Below are positions 1 to 9,909 of a DNA stretch of 32,000 nt, one piece after another. Source of the DNA: Candidatus Nitrosopumilus koreensis AR1 (lineage in GTDB: Archaea > Thermoproteota > Nitrososphaeria > Nitrososphaerales > Nitrosopumilaceae); NCBI RefSeq assembly GCF_000299365.1, contig NC_018655.1, positions 810,001 through 842,000 on the forward strand, in the 5' to 3' direction. Every line of letters begins with the position of its first letter. The first letter of the stretch is position 1. The translations under genes and the position numbers were made by a program. Under the pieces are notes generated by a model, which saw nothing but the letters and a program-made list of their open reading frames with translations, had not been told where the DNA came from and made no database searches.

Positions 1-1437
1 ATTTAATAATCCTCTGGTCATTCCTGGCCAAGGAGATCGTATGATTAAATAACCATTTTTGTTTTTGACAGAATTCCCATCATCATCTACCACATCAAGA
101 TCTATCCCAGGAACTGGAATGCCAACAGTAGAGGGTTTTAATTTCATTCCAGGAAAAACAGACAACATTGCACCACCTATCTCAGTACCCCCAGACAGAT
201 TCATAATCGGGATTTTTTTATTTCCAACTTTTTCAAACAGCCACCACCAAGAATCTTCATCAAGAGGTTCTCCAGTTGTAGGTATGTTCTTGATTTTGTC
301 AAGTGAGAAATTTTTTAATGGTTCTTCATTATTTTTTTTAAACAGTCTTGTTGCAGTAGGAGATATGCCAAAAATTGTTGCATTATAATTTGAAAGAATC
401 TTCCACACTCTGTCAGAACTTGGAAAATCTAATGCCCCATCATATATCACAGAACTAGCACCCATAATCAGCAAGCCATAAACATTCCACACCAGACCTG
501 TTATCCACCCAATGTCTGCTGGCCAAAACAACACATCTTGTGCCTGCAAGTCAATAAGATATGCTGCCTGATGACCAGCAAATACAGAAAAACCCCCATG
601 AACATGTACAACCCCCTTGGGTTTTCCAGTAGTTCCAGAGGTGTATAAAATAAAGAGTGAATCTTCAGAATCCATTACTTCAGTGTGGCAAACCGAATCT
701 TGAGATTCGGTCAGTTCATCATAAAAAACAATATTTTCAGATTTTTCATATTTGTCAATTCCTTTGTAGTTTACCACAATTGTTTTTTCAACCTTAGTTT
801 GCAAAATTGCATTTTCCATAGGTTCTTTTTGAGAAATTGGTTTTCCTTTTCTCACAAAGCCATCTGAAACAAAAAGAATTTTTGCATTACAATCTTGCAA
901 TCTAACATGTAATGATTCAGTACTATATCCTGAAAAAATTACAGTTTGTATTGCTCCGATTTTGGCAGATGCTAAAATTGCCAAAATTGCCTCTTCAATC
1001 ATTGGAAGATAAATCGCTACAACATCACCCCTTCCCACACCAAGAGATTTTAAGCCATTAGCAAGTTTTGAAACTTTTTCATCTAGTTGCAAGTAAGATA
1101 ATTCTGAAGTGGCCTCATCTTCTGAAATAAAATAATACGCAATTTTATTTGGAGTTGTTTTTGCAAATTTTTCAACAGTTGATTTGTAGATATTTGTTTT
1201 ACCATTTACAAACCATTTTGAATGTGCGATTCCTTTTGAAGAATCAAGTATTTTCTCATATGGAGAATCCCAAACAACCCCAATATCCTTATCAACTTCA
1301 CTCCAAAACCATTCCAATTCATTTTTTGCTTTATTTGACAGTTCAGTTAATGATGAAATTCCATGTTTCTGCATAAAATGAAAGATGTTAGATTCTTCAA
1401 CTTGTTTTTGTGTTGGTATGAATTCAAAATCAGACAA
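1..1437 (-). CDS. AMP-forming acyl-CoA synthetase (acetyl-CoA synthetase-like); C-terminus lies beyond the window start
   Basis: Absent from the ORF track because it has no stop in the window. My translation of the minus strand, frame 1437->1, is open for all 479 codons: (M)SDFEFIPTQKQVEES...LYTSGTTGKPKGVVHVHGG...ADIGWITG...PTTGEPL. The SGTTGxPKG AMP-binding signature is encoded near 590-640. TTG at 1437 is the first start after an in-frame TGA two codons upstream. Track ORFs 59-388, 685-867 and 1149-1376 (+) are antisense shadows. Confidence 0.85.
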   Translation of the reverse strand, partial: MSDFEFIPTQKQVEESNIFHFMQKHGISSLTELSNKAKNELEWFWSEVDKDIGVVWDSPYEKILDSSKGIAHSKWFVNGKTNIYKSTVEKFAKTTPNKIAYYFISEDEATSELSYLQLDEKVSKLANGLKSLGVGRGDVVAIYLPMIEEAILAILASAKIGAIQTVIFSGYSTESLHVRLQDCNAKILFVSDGFVRKGKPISQKEPMENAILQTKVEKTIVVNYKGIDKYEKSENIVFYDELTESQDSVCHTEVMDSEDSLFILYTSGTTGKPKGVVHVHGGFSVFAGHQAAYLIDLQAQDVLFWPADIGWITGLVWNVYGLLIMGASSVIYDGALDFPSSDRVWKILSNYNATIFGISPTATRLFKKNNEEPLKNFSLDKIKNIPTTGEPLDEDSWWWLFEKVGNKKIPIMNLSGGTEIGGAMLSVFPGMKLKPSTVGIPVPGIDLDVVDDDGNSVKNKNGYLIIRSPWPGMTRGLLN

Positions 1438-1480
1438 GATTCAATTTTTACAATAAAACAGACTGTAAAAAGATTTTAGA

Positions 1481-1744
1481 TTAAGAAATATCAATTCCGA
1501 GACGTCTGGCACAGGCAATTGCTGCTTTTCCATGATCTTCAGTGATTCCAAATTTTTGAAGTTCTTTAGTTATTTTTGTCCCAGAGAACAAGGTATTTTC
1601 ATAATAATATTGGCGCAAAATCACGCCTACATGTTCATCTAACCTCTTACGAGTGGCATCATTCATGCCTGCTTGAAGTATCGTAGCATCAGATGTTGCC
1701 AAGATTTTGATAAATTCTATATCCTCAAGTGAAATCTCAGACAT
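1481..1744 (-). CDS. hypothetical protein (87 aa), tail gene of the aspS-gatCAB operon
   Basis: Track ORF. Its ATG at 1744 lies 2 nt after the gatB stop codon (1747-1749). Composition is balanced and non-repetitive. No family recognised. Confidence 0.6.
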   Translation of the reverse strand: MSEISLEDIEFIKILATSDATILQAGMNDATRKRLDEHVGVILRQYYYENTLFSGTKITKELQKFGITEDHGKAAIACARRLGIDIS

Positions 1745-1746
1745 GC

Positions 1747-3150
1747 CTATCCAATCTGTTTTTTTAACAAATCCAATGTAAGTTGAGGATCTGCCTTTCC
1801 TTTTGTTTTTTGCATGACTTTTCCTACAAGATAATTTATTGTCTGGGGATTTGATTTTGCTTGTTCTACTGCCTGTGATTCCTCAGAAATCACATCTTTA
1901 ATGATTGTAATTAATTCAGATTCGTCAGAAACATTTCCTAAATCTAAATCAGATATTACTTGTGAAAGTTCTTTTCCAGTTTTTACAATTTCATGTAATG
2001 CATTTTTTGCAGAATTTCTAGAAATTTTTCCGGATTGTATAGAGTCAGCTAAATCTCTAAGATGATTAGAGGTAATTTTTGATGCTTCACGTTTTTCTCT
2101 TGTATCTACCAATCCCATCAAATCAGTGGTAATAATATTTGCAATCTCTTTTGCATTTGATTCTGTATGAGAGTCTTCAAATAAATCAGAATAAAATTTG
2201 TCTGAAGACAAAACATCTGCAACTTGATTAGGGATATTATATTTTGATACATATCGCTCTTTTTTTGAACTAATACTTTCTGGCATTTCAGATTGTAGTT
2301 TTTCTTTAGTTGTAGAATCTATTGTAATCCAAGGAATATCACCTTCCAAGAAATAACGATAGTCTAACGCCTCTTCTTTAGAACGAGAAGAAATTGTTAT
2401 TTTTCGTTTGTCATCCCAATGTCTAGTTTCTTGGACAATTTCAATATCACGAGAATGCAAACTTTCTTGTCTCGTAATTTCAAAGTGGACTGCTTTTTCT
2501 AAATCATGAAATGAGCCGATATTTTTTATCTCAACTTTTTTTCCACCTTCAATTGAGACGTTGGCATCGGCTCTCATAGCACCTTCTAAACTAGGATCAG
2601 CAACACCCAGATTTTCAAGTAAATCAGATAAAATGTTAAGAAAGTCTCTTACTTGTTTTGGGTTCTCAAAATCAGGCTCTGTAACTATTTCAACCAAAGG
2701 TGTGCCTGCACGATTATAGTCAACCAAAGTGATTTGGTTTTTAGAAGAGCTTCCCTCATAGATCAGCCTTCCAGGATCTTCTTCTAGTTGTATACGTGTT
2801 ATTCGTATTTTTTTATCACCCACCATCACATATCCAGTACCTCCAACACTGGTATCTCCGTAGATGTTTAGTTGAGTGATCTGAAAATTTTTTGGCAAAT
2901 CCGGATAGAAGTAATTTTTTCTAAAGAATGCTATTTTAGCAGGAGTGGAGCAATTCAGAGCCATTGCAATCATTGTTGCTTTTTTTACTGCTTCTTGATT
3001 TAACCTAGGCAAACTTCCAGGCAACCCCATGCAAATAGGACAAATGTTTGTGTTAACTTGAAATGATCTGTAATTTGCTTTACATGAACATAGCAACTTG
3101 CTTTCAAGATTTGTTAATTGACAATGAATCTCCAACCCTATTTTTGTCAA
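1747..3150 (-). CDS. gatB: Asp-tRNA(Asn)/Glu-tRNA(Gln) amidotransferase subunit B
   Basis: 467 aa. N-terminus (M)TKIGLEIHCQL...CSC...ICPICMGLPGSLP and the YqeY-like tail ...INYLVGKVMQKTKGKADP are typical of GatB. TTG start at 3150 overlaps the gatA TGA stop (TTGA). Confidence 0.95.
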   Translation of the reverse strand: MTKIGLEIHCQLTNLESKLLCSCKANYRSFQVNTNICPICMGLPGSLPRLNQEAVKKATMIAMALNCSTPAKIAFFRKNYFYPDLPKNFQITQLNIYGDTSVGGTGYVMVGDKKIRITRIQLEEDPGRLIYEGSSSKNQITLVDYNRAGTPLVEIVTEPDFENPKQVRDFLNILSDLLENLGVADPSLEGAMRADANVSIEGGKKVEIKNIGSFHDLEKAVHFEITRQESLHSRDIEIVQETRHWDDKRKITISSRSKEEALDYRYFLEGDIPWITIDSTTKEKLQSEMPESISSKKERYVSKYNIPNQVADVLSSDKFYSDLFEDSHTESNAKEIANIITTDLMGLVDTREKREASKITSNHLRDLADSIQSGKISRNSAKNALHEIVKTGKELSQVISDLDLGNVSDESELITIIKDVISEESQAVEQAKSNPQTINYLVGKVMQKTKGKADPQLTLDLLKKQIG

Positions 3151-4592
3151 ATTGGAACCTCCGGTAACGTCACAGTACTTTCAAGTGCAAATGCAGCTTG
3201 CAGCAACGCTTTATCTTCCATAGAGTTTGCCATGATTTGCATTCCTATTGGCAGTCCATTTGCCATAGAAAATGGAACAGAGATTGCAGGTCTCCCAGTA
3301 AGATTTGCAGTAACAGTATTGATGTCTACTAAAAATAAAGCAATAGGGTCATCTATTTTTTCTCCAATTTTAAATGGTAAAATAGGAACAGTTGGTGCAA
3401 TCAGATAATCATATTTTTGAAATAGTTGGTCAATTTCTTCAGTTAATTTTTGTTTGACTTTGAGTGCTTTTAAGAGATATTTTCCAGCATGTCCAGCTGA
3501 AGGTACAAACCCACCCAAAATCATCCTACGTGTTACTTCTGGTCCAAATTTGGTTCTTGCTTTTGAAATGTATGCATTAAACTCATACCCTTCAACTGGG
3601 AAATCATATCCATACAAAAGATTATCATATCTTGCCAAATTACTTCCAGCCTCTGTTGCAGTGATTGTATAATACGCCGCAACAGAATATTTTACCATGT
3701 CAAGTGATACTTCTTCACATATTGCACCCAAATTCTCAAATTTGGAGATGGCGTTTTGAGTTGCAGAAAGAACTAGAGGATCAATTCCTTCACCCATCAT
3801 CTCTTTGATGACTCCAATTTTCTTACCTTCTACACCTAATTCTATTTCAGACAAGTAATCTTGATTGTGATTATCCACAGTGGTATCATCATGGGCATCC
3901 TTACCTGAAATAATATTGAGCATGAATGCAGTGTCTTTTACGGTTCTTGTGACAGGTCCAATTTGCTCAATGCTGTTTGCATACGAAATAAGACCAAATC
4001 GACTAATCAAACCATATGTTGGTTTGTAACCGACCACCCCACAAAAACTTGCAGGGTTTCTAGTAGAACCTCCAGTATCAGAACCTAGAGATGCAACACA
4101 TTCAAAAGAACTAACAGATGCACCACTGCCGCCAGAAGAACCGCCTGGGACATAATCTGTATTCCAAGGATTGTGTGTTGGACCATATGCACTAAATTCA
4201 GTAGTTAGTCCCATCGCAAATTCATCAAGATTTACTTTGCCTACAAATATGGCATCTTCTTTTTTTAGTCTAGAAATCACTGTTGCGTCATACGGGGCAA
4301 CAAAGTCATGCAACATTTTTGATGCACAAGAAGTTCTTGCATTCTTAATACAGATATTGTCTTTGATAGATATAGGCATTCCAAAACAAGAACCCACTTT
4401 TTCTCCAGATTTAATTTTTTTATCAATAACTCTTGCATGATCTAGCACTTCAGGGTTGACATGTAAAAATGCATGAATTTTGTCATCTATTTTTTCAATA
4501 CGCTCTAGGGTCTTTGCCATAAAATCTTCTGCAGAGATGTTACCGTTTTTTACTTCTTGCACATACTCTAAAGCAGAAATTTTTAGATTCAA
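3147..4592 (-). CDS. gatA: Asp-tRNA(Asn)/Glu-tRNA(Gln) amidotransferase subunit A
   Basis: 481 aa. Amidase signature region ...VPGGSSGGSGASV... and ISIKDNI. Directly abuts gatC with no spacer. Confidence 0.95.
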   Translation of the reverse strand: MNLKISALEYVQEVKNGNISAEDFMAKTLERIEKIDDKIHAFLHVNPEVLDHARVIDKKIKSGEKVGSCFGMPISIKDNICIKNARTSCASKMLHDFVAPYDATVISRLKKEDAIFVGKVNLDEFAMGLTTEFSAYGPTHNPWNTDYVPGGSSGGSGASVSSFECVASLGSDTGGSTRNPASFCGVVGYKPTYGLISRFGLISYANSIEQIGPVTRTVKDTAFMLNIISGKDAHDDTTVDNHNQDYLSEIELGVEGKKIGVIKEMMGEGIDPLVLSATQNAISKFENLGAICEEVSLDMVKYSVAAYYTITATEAGSNLARYDNLLYGYDFPVEGYEFNAYISKARTKFGPEVTRRMILGGFVPSAGHAGKYLLKALKVKQKLTEEIDQLFQKYDYLIAPTVPILPFKIGEKIDDPIALFLVDINTVTANLTGRPAISVPFSMANGLPIGMQIMANSMEDKALLQAAFALESTVTLPEVPI

Positions 4593-4868
4593 TTACACCA
4601 TCTTTGGAGCTCGTACATATGTTCCCTTATAGTGATTCAATCTTTCAATTAGTTTGTCAGAGTATTCAACATATTCATCTTCTCGAAGTTCAGACAAAGA
4701 TACAGCATCCATAGTGATCTCTTCATCAGATACTCCTGCAGAATCTAGAATATCAAAATAATCAATCATGGCATGTACTTTGTCTATGAATTCTTTATGA
4801 TCATGAACATCTATTTTCATTAATTTTGTCACTTGCTCTATTTCTTTTTCAGTAACCATACAACTCAC
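4593..4868 (-). CDS. gatC: Asp-tRNA(Asn)/Glu-tRNA(Gln) amidotransferase subunit C
   Basis: 91 aa. GatC-like ...LSELREDE...YVRAPKMV C-terminus. GTG at 4868 abuts the aspS stop; ATG at 4859 is an alternative start. Confidence 0.85.
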   Translation of the reverse strand: MSCMVTEKEIEQVTKLMKIDVHDHKEFIDKVHAMIDYFDILDSAGVSDEEITMDAVSLSELREDEYVEYSDKLIERLNHYKGTYVRAPKMV

Positions 4869-6179
4869 CTAAGGTGTTAGCCTGTCAACATCTCTTGGAT
4901 AAAATGTTACGTCACGTATGTTTTCTGTGCCTGTAAGAGCCATGATTAATCGCTCAAGACCAATACCACATCCAGCATGAGGGGGAACCCCGTAATCAAA
5001 AGCGCCAAGATGATACTCAAATGCATCAGTGTTCATTCCTTTATTTTTCATTCTCTCAGACAATTCATCTCTTTTTTCAATTCTTGTACTGCCAGAGGAT
5101 AATTCCAAATCACCAAACATCAAGTCAAAAGATTCTGAAATTTTTGGGTTGGACTTGCTGTCTTTGACATAGAATGGTTTTGGGGCCAAAGGCCAATCTT
5201 TGATAAAGTAAAAACCCTCAAGACCAATTTTTTTAAGATTTGAAGGATATAGATCATCGCCCCATTCAGTTTTTGCACCAGCCTTTTGCATCTTATCTAC
5301 TAAATCATCATAGGAATATTGAGGGATTGATTCAGGAAGTTGAGGAATGTTAAATTCTACATCAGGGTTATTTTTTGCATATTCATGTACAGTCTTAATT
5401 GAAATTTTGACAATCTCTTCAATTCTACTCATGACATCATTGTAATCTACAAACGCTTCTTCCAAATCAATCGATATTGCTTCTGCAAGATGACGATTAG
5501 TTCTAGAGGGCTCTGCTCTAAAGATAGGTGCAATCTCAAATACTTTTTCAAAACTCATTGTAAGTTGTTCTTTGTACAATTGCGGACTCTGTGCCAAGAA
5601 TGCTTCTTTGTTGTAATAAAATATTGGAAATAACGCAGCTCCTCCCTCAGTAGCTGTTGCTATCATTTTGGGAGTATTGATTTCAACAAAATTTTGACTA
5701 TGAAAATATTCCCGAATAGATTTCAAAACCAGACTTCGAGTATTGAATATGTGTTGTAATACCTTACGTCTAAGATCAATAGGTCTTACCTCAAGTCGAG
5801 TGTCAATATTTTTGACAGTCTTTGCAACAGGCTCAAATGGTGGAATCTTATCAACTTCAGAAAACACTCGGATTTCTGTAGGTACTATTTCGTATCCATT
5901 AGGTGCCTTTTCAGAGGATTTTACATTACCAGTAATTGCAATTGAAGAGTGTGCCTTAAGAGATGATATTTTTTCTCGAATTTCATCTGGACAATCGCCT
6001 TTTTTTGCAACTACTGAGACATCTCCATTTTTGTCTCGGATTGTAGCAAAACTGATGTTGCCATGTCCTCTGATGGTTAAAACCCACCCCATGATCGTTA
6101 TTTGAGTTCCATCCATGGAGGAGTTGATTTCATTTGAATAATGAGATCTGCGTAAAGTTCCTAATTCAGTTTCAATCAT
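4869..6179 (-). CDS. aspS: aspartyl-tRNA synthetase, archaeal type (probably non-discriminating)
   Basis: 436 aa. N-terminal OB fold (ITIMGWVLTIRGHGNISFATIRD), class II motif 2 (FRAEPS) and motif 3 (GCGIGLERL). First gene of a zero-spacer operon with gatCAB. Confidence 0.95.
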   Translation of the reverse strand: MIETELGTLRRSHYSNEINSSMDGTQITIMGWVLTIRGHGNISFATIRDKNGDVSVVAKKGDCPDEIREKISSLKAHSSIAITGNVKSSEKAPNGYEIVPTEIRVFSEVDKIPPFEPVAKTVKNIDTRLEVRPIDLRRKVLQHIFNTRSLVLKSIREYFHSQNFVEINTPKMIATATEGGAALFPIFYYNKEAFLAQSPQLYKEQLTMSFEKVFEIAPIFRAEPSRTNRHLAEAISIDLEEAFVDYNDVMSRIEEIVKISIKTVHEYAKNNPDVEFNIPQLPESIPQYSYDDLVDKMQKAGAKTEWGDDLYPSNLKKIGLEGFYFIKDWPLAPKPFYVKDSKSNPKISESFDLMFGDLELSSGSTRIEKRDELSERMKNKGMNTDAFEYHLGAFDYGVPPHAGCGIGLERLIMALTGTENIRDVTFYPRDVDRLTP

Positions 6180-6290
6180 AATTTACTTTACTCCATTTAC
6201 ATGGTGTAATTAATTTTTATACAATATACTAAACTAATTCATTAATTTTCATAATGCTTATAGCCTGCAGGGATTTCACATCAAAACAAG

Positions 6291-6476
6291 ATGGACATAT
6301 TGATGGGCATTGTCATCGCATTTATCATAGTAGTGGCAGGATTCGTCGGATATCATGCATCTCAGGACGTGCCAGAATATGCCGAAGAACACAATATTTC
6401 ATCAGAATTAAACATACTTGATGCAAACATCATTGACCCTATTCAAAAACAGATAATCGTCAAATCAATAGTTTGA
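6291..6476 (+). CDS. small membrane protein (61 aa), hypothetical
   Basis: Track ORF with one clear N-terminal TM helix (ILMGIVIAFIIVVAGFVGY) and an acidic tail. No competing ORF. Confidence 0.45.
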   Translation: MDILMGIVIAFIIVVAGFVGYHASQDVPEYAEEHNISSELNILDANIIDPIQKQIIVKSIV

Positions 6477-6507
6477 TGTTCAAATTACAATTTACATTAA
6501 TTTACCA

Positions 6508-6735
6508 GTGATTTTCAGAGATTTCATGGTTCTTTCAGACAAAGAAAAAATGGTGGCAGTAATTTCAAATGGAATAGCAGTTTTTTCTTTATTGCAAGAA
6601 AGAGAGGAACTTCCCAAAAATACAACAATGTATGATTTTGTGTTAAAAGTGATTCCAGAAGATATCAAATATGAACTCAGTGTGGAATTGATAGATGAGG
6701 TATTCCAATATGTCACATCCGCACATAGTTCATAA
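6508..6735 (+). CDS. hypothetical protein (75 aa)
   Basis: Track ORF with GTG start (ATG alternative at 6526) and a balanced charged composition. Preferred over the overlapping minus ORF 6492-6749, which is Ser-rich and looks like an antisense shadow. Confidence 0.45.
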   Translation: MIFRDFMVLSDKEKMVAVISNGIAVFSLLQEREELPKNTTMYDFVLKVIPEDIKYELSVELIDEVFQYVTSAHSS

Positions 6736-6762
6736 AGTACAAAATACAAGAATAGTCATAAA

Positions 6763-7788
6763 ATGACATCAATTGCAACGCTTGGTTCTCACTGTTCACT
6801 ACAGGTGTTAAAAGGTGCAAAAGATGAAGGTTTGAAAACAATTCTAGTATGTGAAAAAAAGCGTGAAAGTCTATATCGAAGATTTCCATTCATTGATGAA
6901 TTAATCATAGTTGACAAATTCAAAGAAGTTCTAGATGAGAAATGTCAATCAACCCTACAACAAAATGATTCCGTATTGATTCCTCATGGAACCTTGATTG
7001 CACAAATGAGTTCTGAGGAAATTGAATCAATCAAAACCCCAATTTTTGGAAATAAATGGATTCTAAGATGGGAATCAGATAGAGAGATGAAAGAAAAACT
7101 CATGAGAGAAGCAAAATTACCGATGCCAAAACCAGTTACAGACGCAAAAGATATTGAAAAACTGTCTATTGTAAAAAGACAAGGTGCAGCAGGAGGCAAA
7201 GGTTACTTTATGGTTGCAAATCAAGAAGATTACAATACAAAAAGAAATCAATTGATTTCAGAAGGAATTATTTCAAAAGATGAAACACTATACATTCAAG
7301 AATATGCTGCAGGAGTTTTAGCTTATTTGCAATTCTTTTATTCCCCATTAAAAGAAGAACTAGAATTTTTTGGAGTTGATCAAAGACACGAATCAGATAT
7401 CGAAGGATTAGCTAGAATCCCATCAGAGCAGCAATTAAAAAACAACAAAGTTCCATCATTTAATGTAATAGGAAATAGTCCGTTAGTGTTACGGGAATCA
7501 CTTTTGGATGAAGTGTATACAATGGGTGAAAATTTTGTTGAAGCAGCTAAAAGAGTAGTAGCACCTGGAATGAACGGTCCATTTTGTATAGAAGGAGTTT
7601 ATGATGAAAACGCAAAATTCACATCATTTGAATTTTCAGCAAGAATTGTTGCAGGAACTAACATCTACATGGATGGTTCACCATACTATTCACTATTATT
7701 CAATGAAAGCATGAGTATGGGTAAAAGAATTGCAAGGGAAGTAAAGACAGCCACAGAATCTAATCAGTTAGATAAAATTACAACATAA
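6763..7788 (+). CDS. purP: 5-formaminoimidazole-4-carboxamide ribonucleotide (FAICAR) synthetase PurP, ATP-grasp
   Basis: 341 aa. Collinear with archaeal PurP as I remember it: IATLGSHCSLQVLKGAKDEG, ILRWESDR, FFYSPL, GPFCIEG, FSARIVAGTN, MGKRIAREV. Confidence 0.9.
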   Translation: MTSIATLGSHCSLQVLKGAKDEGLKTILVCEKKRESLYRRFPFIDELIIVDKFKEVLDEKCQSTLQQNDSVLIPHGTLIAQMSSEEIESIKTPIFGNKWILRWESDREMKEKLMREAKLPMPKPVTDAKDIEKLSIVKRQGAAGGKGYFMVANQEDYNTKRNQLISEGIISKDETLYIQEYAAGVLAYLQFFYSPLKEELEFFGVDQRHESDIEGLARIPSEQQLKNNKVPSFNVIGNSPLVLRESLLDEVYTMGENFVEAAKRVVAPGMNGPFCIEGVYDENAKFTSFEFSARIVAGTNIYMDGSPYYSLLFNESMSMGKRIAREVKTATESNQLDKITT

Positions 7789-7791
7789 ATT

Positions 7792-9909
7792 CTATAATTC
7801 AACCAGCACAGCGGCTTTTTCTGAATTTTCTAATTCCTGTCTTATAGCATCCATGATTTTTGAAGGAGATGTAAGGCTAGAATAATCAACTAATTTCAAA
7901 TCGTTGAGAAGAAATACTTTGGGAGCAATTTCAGAATGTCTTGATTCTAAAAAGTCATCTATTTCTTCTAAAATAGAAATTTTCCCGCCTTGGAATATCT
8001 TTCCATTCTTTAAAGATAATTTCATTTTTCCATATCTATCTAAAATAAGCAGATGGTGTTGATTCTTTTTACTAAATAATTTTTTGACCTCCACATGTCC
8101 TGTAAAAACAAAATAATGGTCGGTTTCAAAACTCAGATCAATCAAATTCTCAGAGATTCCAATAATCTCACTAGCACGTTTTTTGGCATCATCCAAAGTA
8201 AAGATATTTTTTGAGGTTTCAACACTATCTAATTCCACATTACCTACTGCAGTTACTCTTAACAGTGCTTTTTCAGAAATGTATTCACTGTCAATTACAA
8301 TTGATTCTGGAACAGCACCTTTATCAACTAACATTGCATGAATTCTTTTTTGTACTTGAGCAATTTTTTCAGGAGTCGCATCATCCATAGTCTGTTCAAT
8401 CTCTTCTTGAAGCATAGAAGATGCCACACCAATTGAAGATATGACATCTGCATGTTCTGCCTTTTCATAAGACAATCCCAATTGTTTTGCAACAAATGGA
8501 ACCAAAACTGACGCACCGCCTCCACCGCCAATTAATTTTGTAGAATTGTTCAAGTGAAACTCTTTCATGATGTTAGTGATAGTTTTAGTAATCTCAAAAG
8601 ATGCTGTTTGGATTATTGATTGTGCAACTTCATGATAAGGCATATTCAAGTGTTCACCAAGAATTTTGAGGGCAAGTTTTGCAGATTCTTGGTTAGCAAA
8701 TGAATAATCACCCTCATCAATCATTCCAAGTGCATTTGCTGCACAAGTGTTTGTTATAGCATATGTTCCATTATCACATTTTATTGCAACATATTCTTCA
8801 ACATCATTTTCTTTTGGTTTGATATTGACAATTTTTCCAGTCTTCAAATCTTCTGGATCAGCAAAACAAGAATATTTCAAGCCTGCAATATGAGCACTTC
8901 GTGGCCCGACTTTAGAAACTCTGTTTTGACTCAAAGAAACCATACTTCCTCCAGCCACACCTAAAATTCTCACATCCATAGAACGAATACATGTTGGATG
9001 ATCATGTACTGTGACATATCGAATTTCTGGTTTTCCATTCTTTATGATACAAATGTTAGTACTTGTTCCTCCAACTTCAACAAATATTCCATTTGTGACT
9101 TTGAGGTAAAGTAAGGCACCTGCTACACTAGCTGCAGGTCCAGACAACACCGTAAGGATGGGTTTAGTTCTAAACGTATCCATACTTGAAACACCGCCAT
9201 CACCTTTCATGATCATTAACGGTGCAGTAACTCCAGTTTTTCGAATTGCTTCTTCAACATAGTTTGCAACTTGAAAAGTTTTTGGCAAAACACTAGCATT
9301 AACTGCAGCAGTCAAAGTTCTAATTTCTAATCCATATACACCAGAAATTTCATGTGATGCAGTAGATGGAACATTGCATTTAGAAGAAGTATTCATTACA
9401 AATAATTCATTTGAAGGGTCATCAACACCAAAGGCTTCAGTAGCGACAATTACTTGAGCACCTTTTGATTTGAGTTTCTCAATTGTTTGTTTCACTTCAT
9501 CTTCTGTAATTAAATGAGAAGTGTCTAGAAATTCATGAAATGTGGCAATGTCTTGATTTGTATTTCTAGACATGTCTTGTAAATTGGTTCGTTTCACAAC
9601 ATCTTTTTTTGATGGACCAACACCCATTGCAATAATGCCAACTTTAGAAGTATCAGATTCTAATAATGCATTAATTGCTTGTGTGGTACTATGAGAAATT
9701 AATTCAATATCATTAAGGTTGATCTTTGATTCTTCCAAGATATTAGATAATGCTTGAACGATTCCTTCAGAGACACCTTTTTCAGCTTTGTGAGTTGTAG
9801 GTACCGTTGATTTTGATAAGATTGTACCGGTTTTAGCATCAATAGCTACTGCTTTAGTAAAGGTACCCCCAACATCAATTCCAACACGAATTCTTGGTTT
9901 CTCAGACAT
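7792..9909 (-). CDS. hydantoinase/oxoprolinase-family protein (HyuA-like, ASKHA fold)
   Basis: 705 aa. N-terminal RVGIDVGGTFTKAVAID phosphate-binding motif typical of the hydantoinase A N-terminal domain, and a second GGGGGAS glycine motif. No HyuB-like partner in the window. ATG at 9909 overlaps the FTR1 stop by 8 nt. Confidence 0.75.
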   Translation of the reverse strand: MSEKPRIRVGIDVGGTFTKAVAIDAKTGTILSKSTVPTTHKAEKGVSEGIVQALSNILEESKINLNDIELISHSTTQAINALLESDTSKVGIIAMGVGPSKKDVVKRTNLQDMSRNTNQDIATFHEFLDTSHLITEDEVKQTIEKLKSKGAQVIVATEAFGVDDPSNELFVMNTSSKCNVPSTASHEISGVYGLEIRTLTAAVNASVLPKTFQVANYVEEAIRKTGVTAPLMIMKGDGGVSSMDTFRTKPILTVLSGPAASVAGALLYLKVTNGIFVEVGGTSTNICIIKNGKPEIRYVTVHDHPTCIRSMDVRILGVAGGSMVSLSQNRVSKVGPRSAHIAGLKYSCFADPEDLKTGKIVNIKPKENDVEEYVAIKCDNGTYAITNTCAANALGMIDEGDYSFANQESAKLALKILGEHLNMPYHEVAQSIIQTASFEITKTITNIMKEFHLNNSTKLIGGGGGASVLVPFVAKQLGLSYEKAEHADVISSIGVASSMLQEEIEQTMDDATPEKIAQVQKRIHAMLVDKGAVPESIVIDSEYISEKALLRVTAVGNVELDSVETSKNIFTLDDAKKRASEIIGISENLIDLSFETDHYFVFTGHVEVKKLFSKKNQHHLLILDRYGKMKLSLKNGKIFQGGKISILEEIDDFLESRHSEIAPKVFLLNDLKLVDYSSLTSPSKIMDAIRQELENSEKAAVLVEL

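Noticed and set aside
59-1376. Track ORFs 59-388, 685-867 and 1149-1376 on the + strand
   Set aside because: All lie antisense to a 479-codon uninterrupted minus-strand frame with a clear AMP-binding signature. Their translations are low-complexity (F/S/I-rich) shadows.
3118-6105. Track + strand ORFs inside gatA and aspS (3118-3408, 3454-3672, 4171-4440, 5743-6105)
   Set aside because: They are antisense to confidently identified genes, with no recognisable motifs and a composition typical of shadow frames.
6492-6749. Minus ORF of 85 aa overlapping the + ORF 6508-6735
   Set aside because: The Ser/Thr/Ile-rich translation looks like an antisense artefact and the + strand product has protein-like charge balance. 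Neither is strongly supported.
6984-8531. ORFs 6984-7199 (-) inside purP and 8328-8531 (-, alternative frame) inside the hydantoinase-family gene
   Set aside because: They are nested in much longer genes with family signatures, and no independent evidence supports them.
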